This document shows positions 62,704 to 64,000 of a stretch of DNA of 64,000 nt, in pieces; positions within the stretch are counted from its first letter, which is position 1, and every line of letters begins with the position of its first letter. The position numbers and the translations under genes are program-made. The stretch is from assembly GCA_000388065.2 (NCBI GenBank), contig KB932208.1; one strand, given 5' to 3'. The stretch comes from Fonticula alba ATCC 38817. Its lineage: Eukaryota; Protista; Nucleariida. Below the pieces are notes generated by a model. It saw only the letters and a program-made list of their open reading frames with translations, searched no databases and had not been told where the DNA came from.

Positions 62704-63907
62704 CTACTTCGAGGGCGCAGCGGCACCGGCGGCCGGCGCGCTGTCCGCTCGCCCGTACCGGCCGCTCCCGCGCTTGCGCTTCACGGGCACTGCCTCGCGC
62801 GGTGCCGTGACCCGGGTCAGGAGCTGAGGCAGGGNNNNNNNNNNGCCTCGCGCGGTGCCGTGACCCGGGTCAGGAGCTGAGGCAGGGGGGGGGGGGGTTC
62901 AGAGTTCAGGTTGCTGTGTGTGGGGACGCGAGGATGGGCACACGAGGCGACAGGCGCCGGCAGGGGCCTCGGGTAGCGACCTCCGACAGGAGGACACACA
63001 TACACACACACAGTCACACAGTCACACAGTCACACACACACACACGCACACGCACACGCACACGCACACGCACACACACAGTCACACACAGTCACACACA
63101 GTCACACACACACACACAGACACGCAGGCAGGACGCACCTTGTCCAGGTTCACGCCCGGCACCGTGAAGGCCAGCTTGGCCAGCGCCTGACTGCTACCGC
63201 CGCCACCCGTCTTGCCCTGCTTGGCCCGGCGCTTCTGGATGACATGCCGCGAGCGCTTGCGCGTGGCCAGGCGCTCCGTGCGCAGACCGTTCAAAAACTC
63301 CGACGTGTCCTTCTCCTCGTCGGACACCGCCCCATCCTCCAGATAGGCTGACGGGAAGTTGAGCCGGTCAATGCGCTCCTGGCGCAGGGCTTCCCGCGCG
63401 GCCTCGAGTGCCTCGGCCGTGGTGGCCGTCGTGGCGACCTTGGCGACCTTGCCAGCCTCGGCGGCCTCCGTGGCGGGGATCCTGGCCTCTGCGCGACCCC
63501 ACCGGCGAGGGGGGGGGGGGGGGGGCCCGGGGCAGGAGGAGCCGAAGGCAGCCCCAGCGGGTAGGGAAGTAGGGAGCCAAGAGGAGGGTCAGNNNNNNNN
63601 NNNNNNNNNNNNNNNNNNNNNNNNNNNNNNNNNNNNNNNNNNNNNNNNNNNNNGGGGGGGGGGGGGGCACCGAGACAGAAGCAGCCGAATTCAGCCCCAG
63701 CGGCGGTCAGTGATGCGGGGCGATTTGGCGCGATGCCAAGGCAAGCTCTCTCCCCTGCAGAAAAAAGCACCCGGAAGAGACCGCCCCCCCAAAAAAAACA
63801 CCCCCCCAGAACGTACTGTTCTTCCGAGCACTGCTGGGAGCAGGGCTGGCGCCGCCGATCTGCAGCTGCCTCAGGGCCAAAGCCTGCTGGATGAGCTTAT
63901 TCGACAT
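62704..63907 (-). CDS. Small basic, probably nucleolar protein; resembles AROS/RPS19BP1 (3 predicted exons)
   Basis: MSNKLIQQALALRQL... spliced to EALRQERIDRLNFPSAYL...RKRSRHVIQKRRAKQGK...LAFTVPGVNLDK and then LLTRVTAPREAVPVKRKRG...*. Phases are consistent. The N-terminus resembles the AROS start MSAALLRRGLELL (recalled, not searched). Confidence 0.5.
62995..63125. repeat. CA / CACG / CAGTCA compound microsatellite in an intron
   Basis: Seen directly. Confidence 0.85.
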
Positions 63908-64000
63908 ACTGGGAAACTTGGCGAAGGGAGGACAGGAGGCAGGGGGAGATGGAAGCGCGGAGGGGGACGGGGTCGGCGAAAGGGAACTGCAGTGTGTGCG

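Noticed and set aside
62792-62887. 43-bp direct repeat on either side of a 10-N gap
   Set aside because: An exact duplicate flanking a minimal gap is the signature of an unmerged contig overlap, not biology.

Overview
GC-rich, intron-containing eukaryotic scaffold with 8 N-gaps. Introns are GT-AG with CTRAC-like branch points and often contain CA microsatellites. This style, plus giant furin-like CxxC receptors with TKL kinases, suggests a unicellular opisthokont such as Fonticula (inference only). The first ~17 kb has no recognisable intact protein gene; it holds diverged duplicated segments, a small TATA-bearing repeat family, two lower-GC islands and tRNAs (Ala, Asp, Glu). The rest contains: a kinase-less Cys-rich single-pass receptor (17.5-20.4 kb); tRNA-Glu and tRNA-Ser; an unrecognised protein built from 8 HTH-like modules with a mitochondrial-presequence-like N-terminus (28.3-31.0 kb); two tandem SAMHD1-like dNTP triphosphohydrolases that share a C-x-C-x5-C-x7-H insertion (31.7-37.7 kb); a ~2,700-aa Cys-rich receptor kinase with shuffled near-identical ectodomain modules (39.2-48.9 kb); tRNA-Gly and tRNA-Phe; a PP4R3/SMEK gene (50.6-56.9 kb); an unknown C2H2 zinc-finger protein; and a small basic AROS-like gene. 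Most ORFs in the supplied track are shadow frames of GC-rich DNA. All identifications come from reading motifs by eye; no searches were run.
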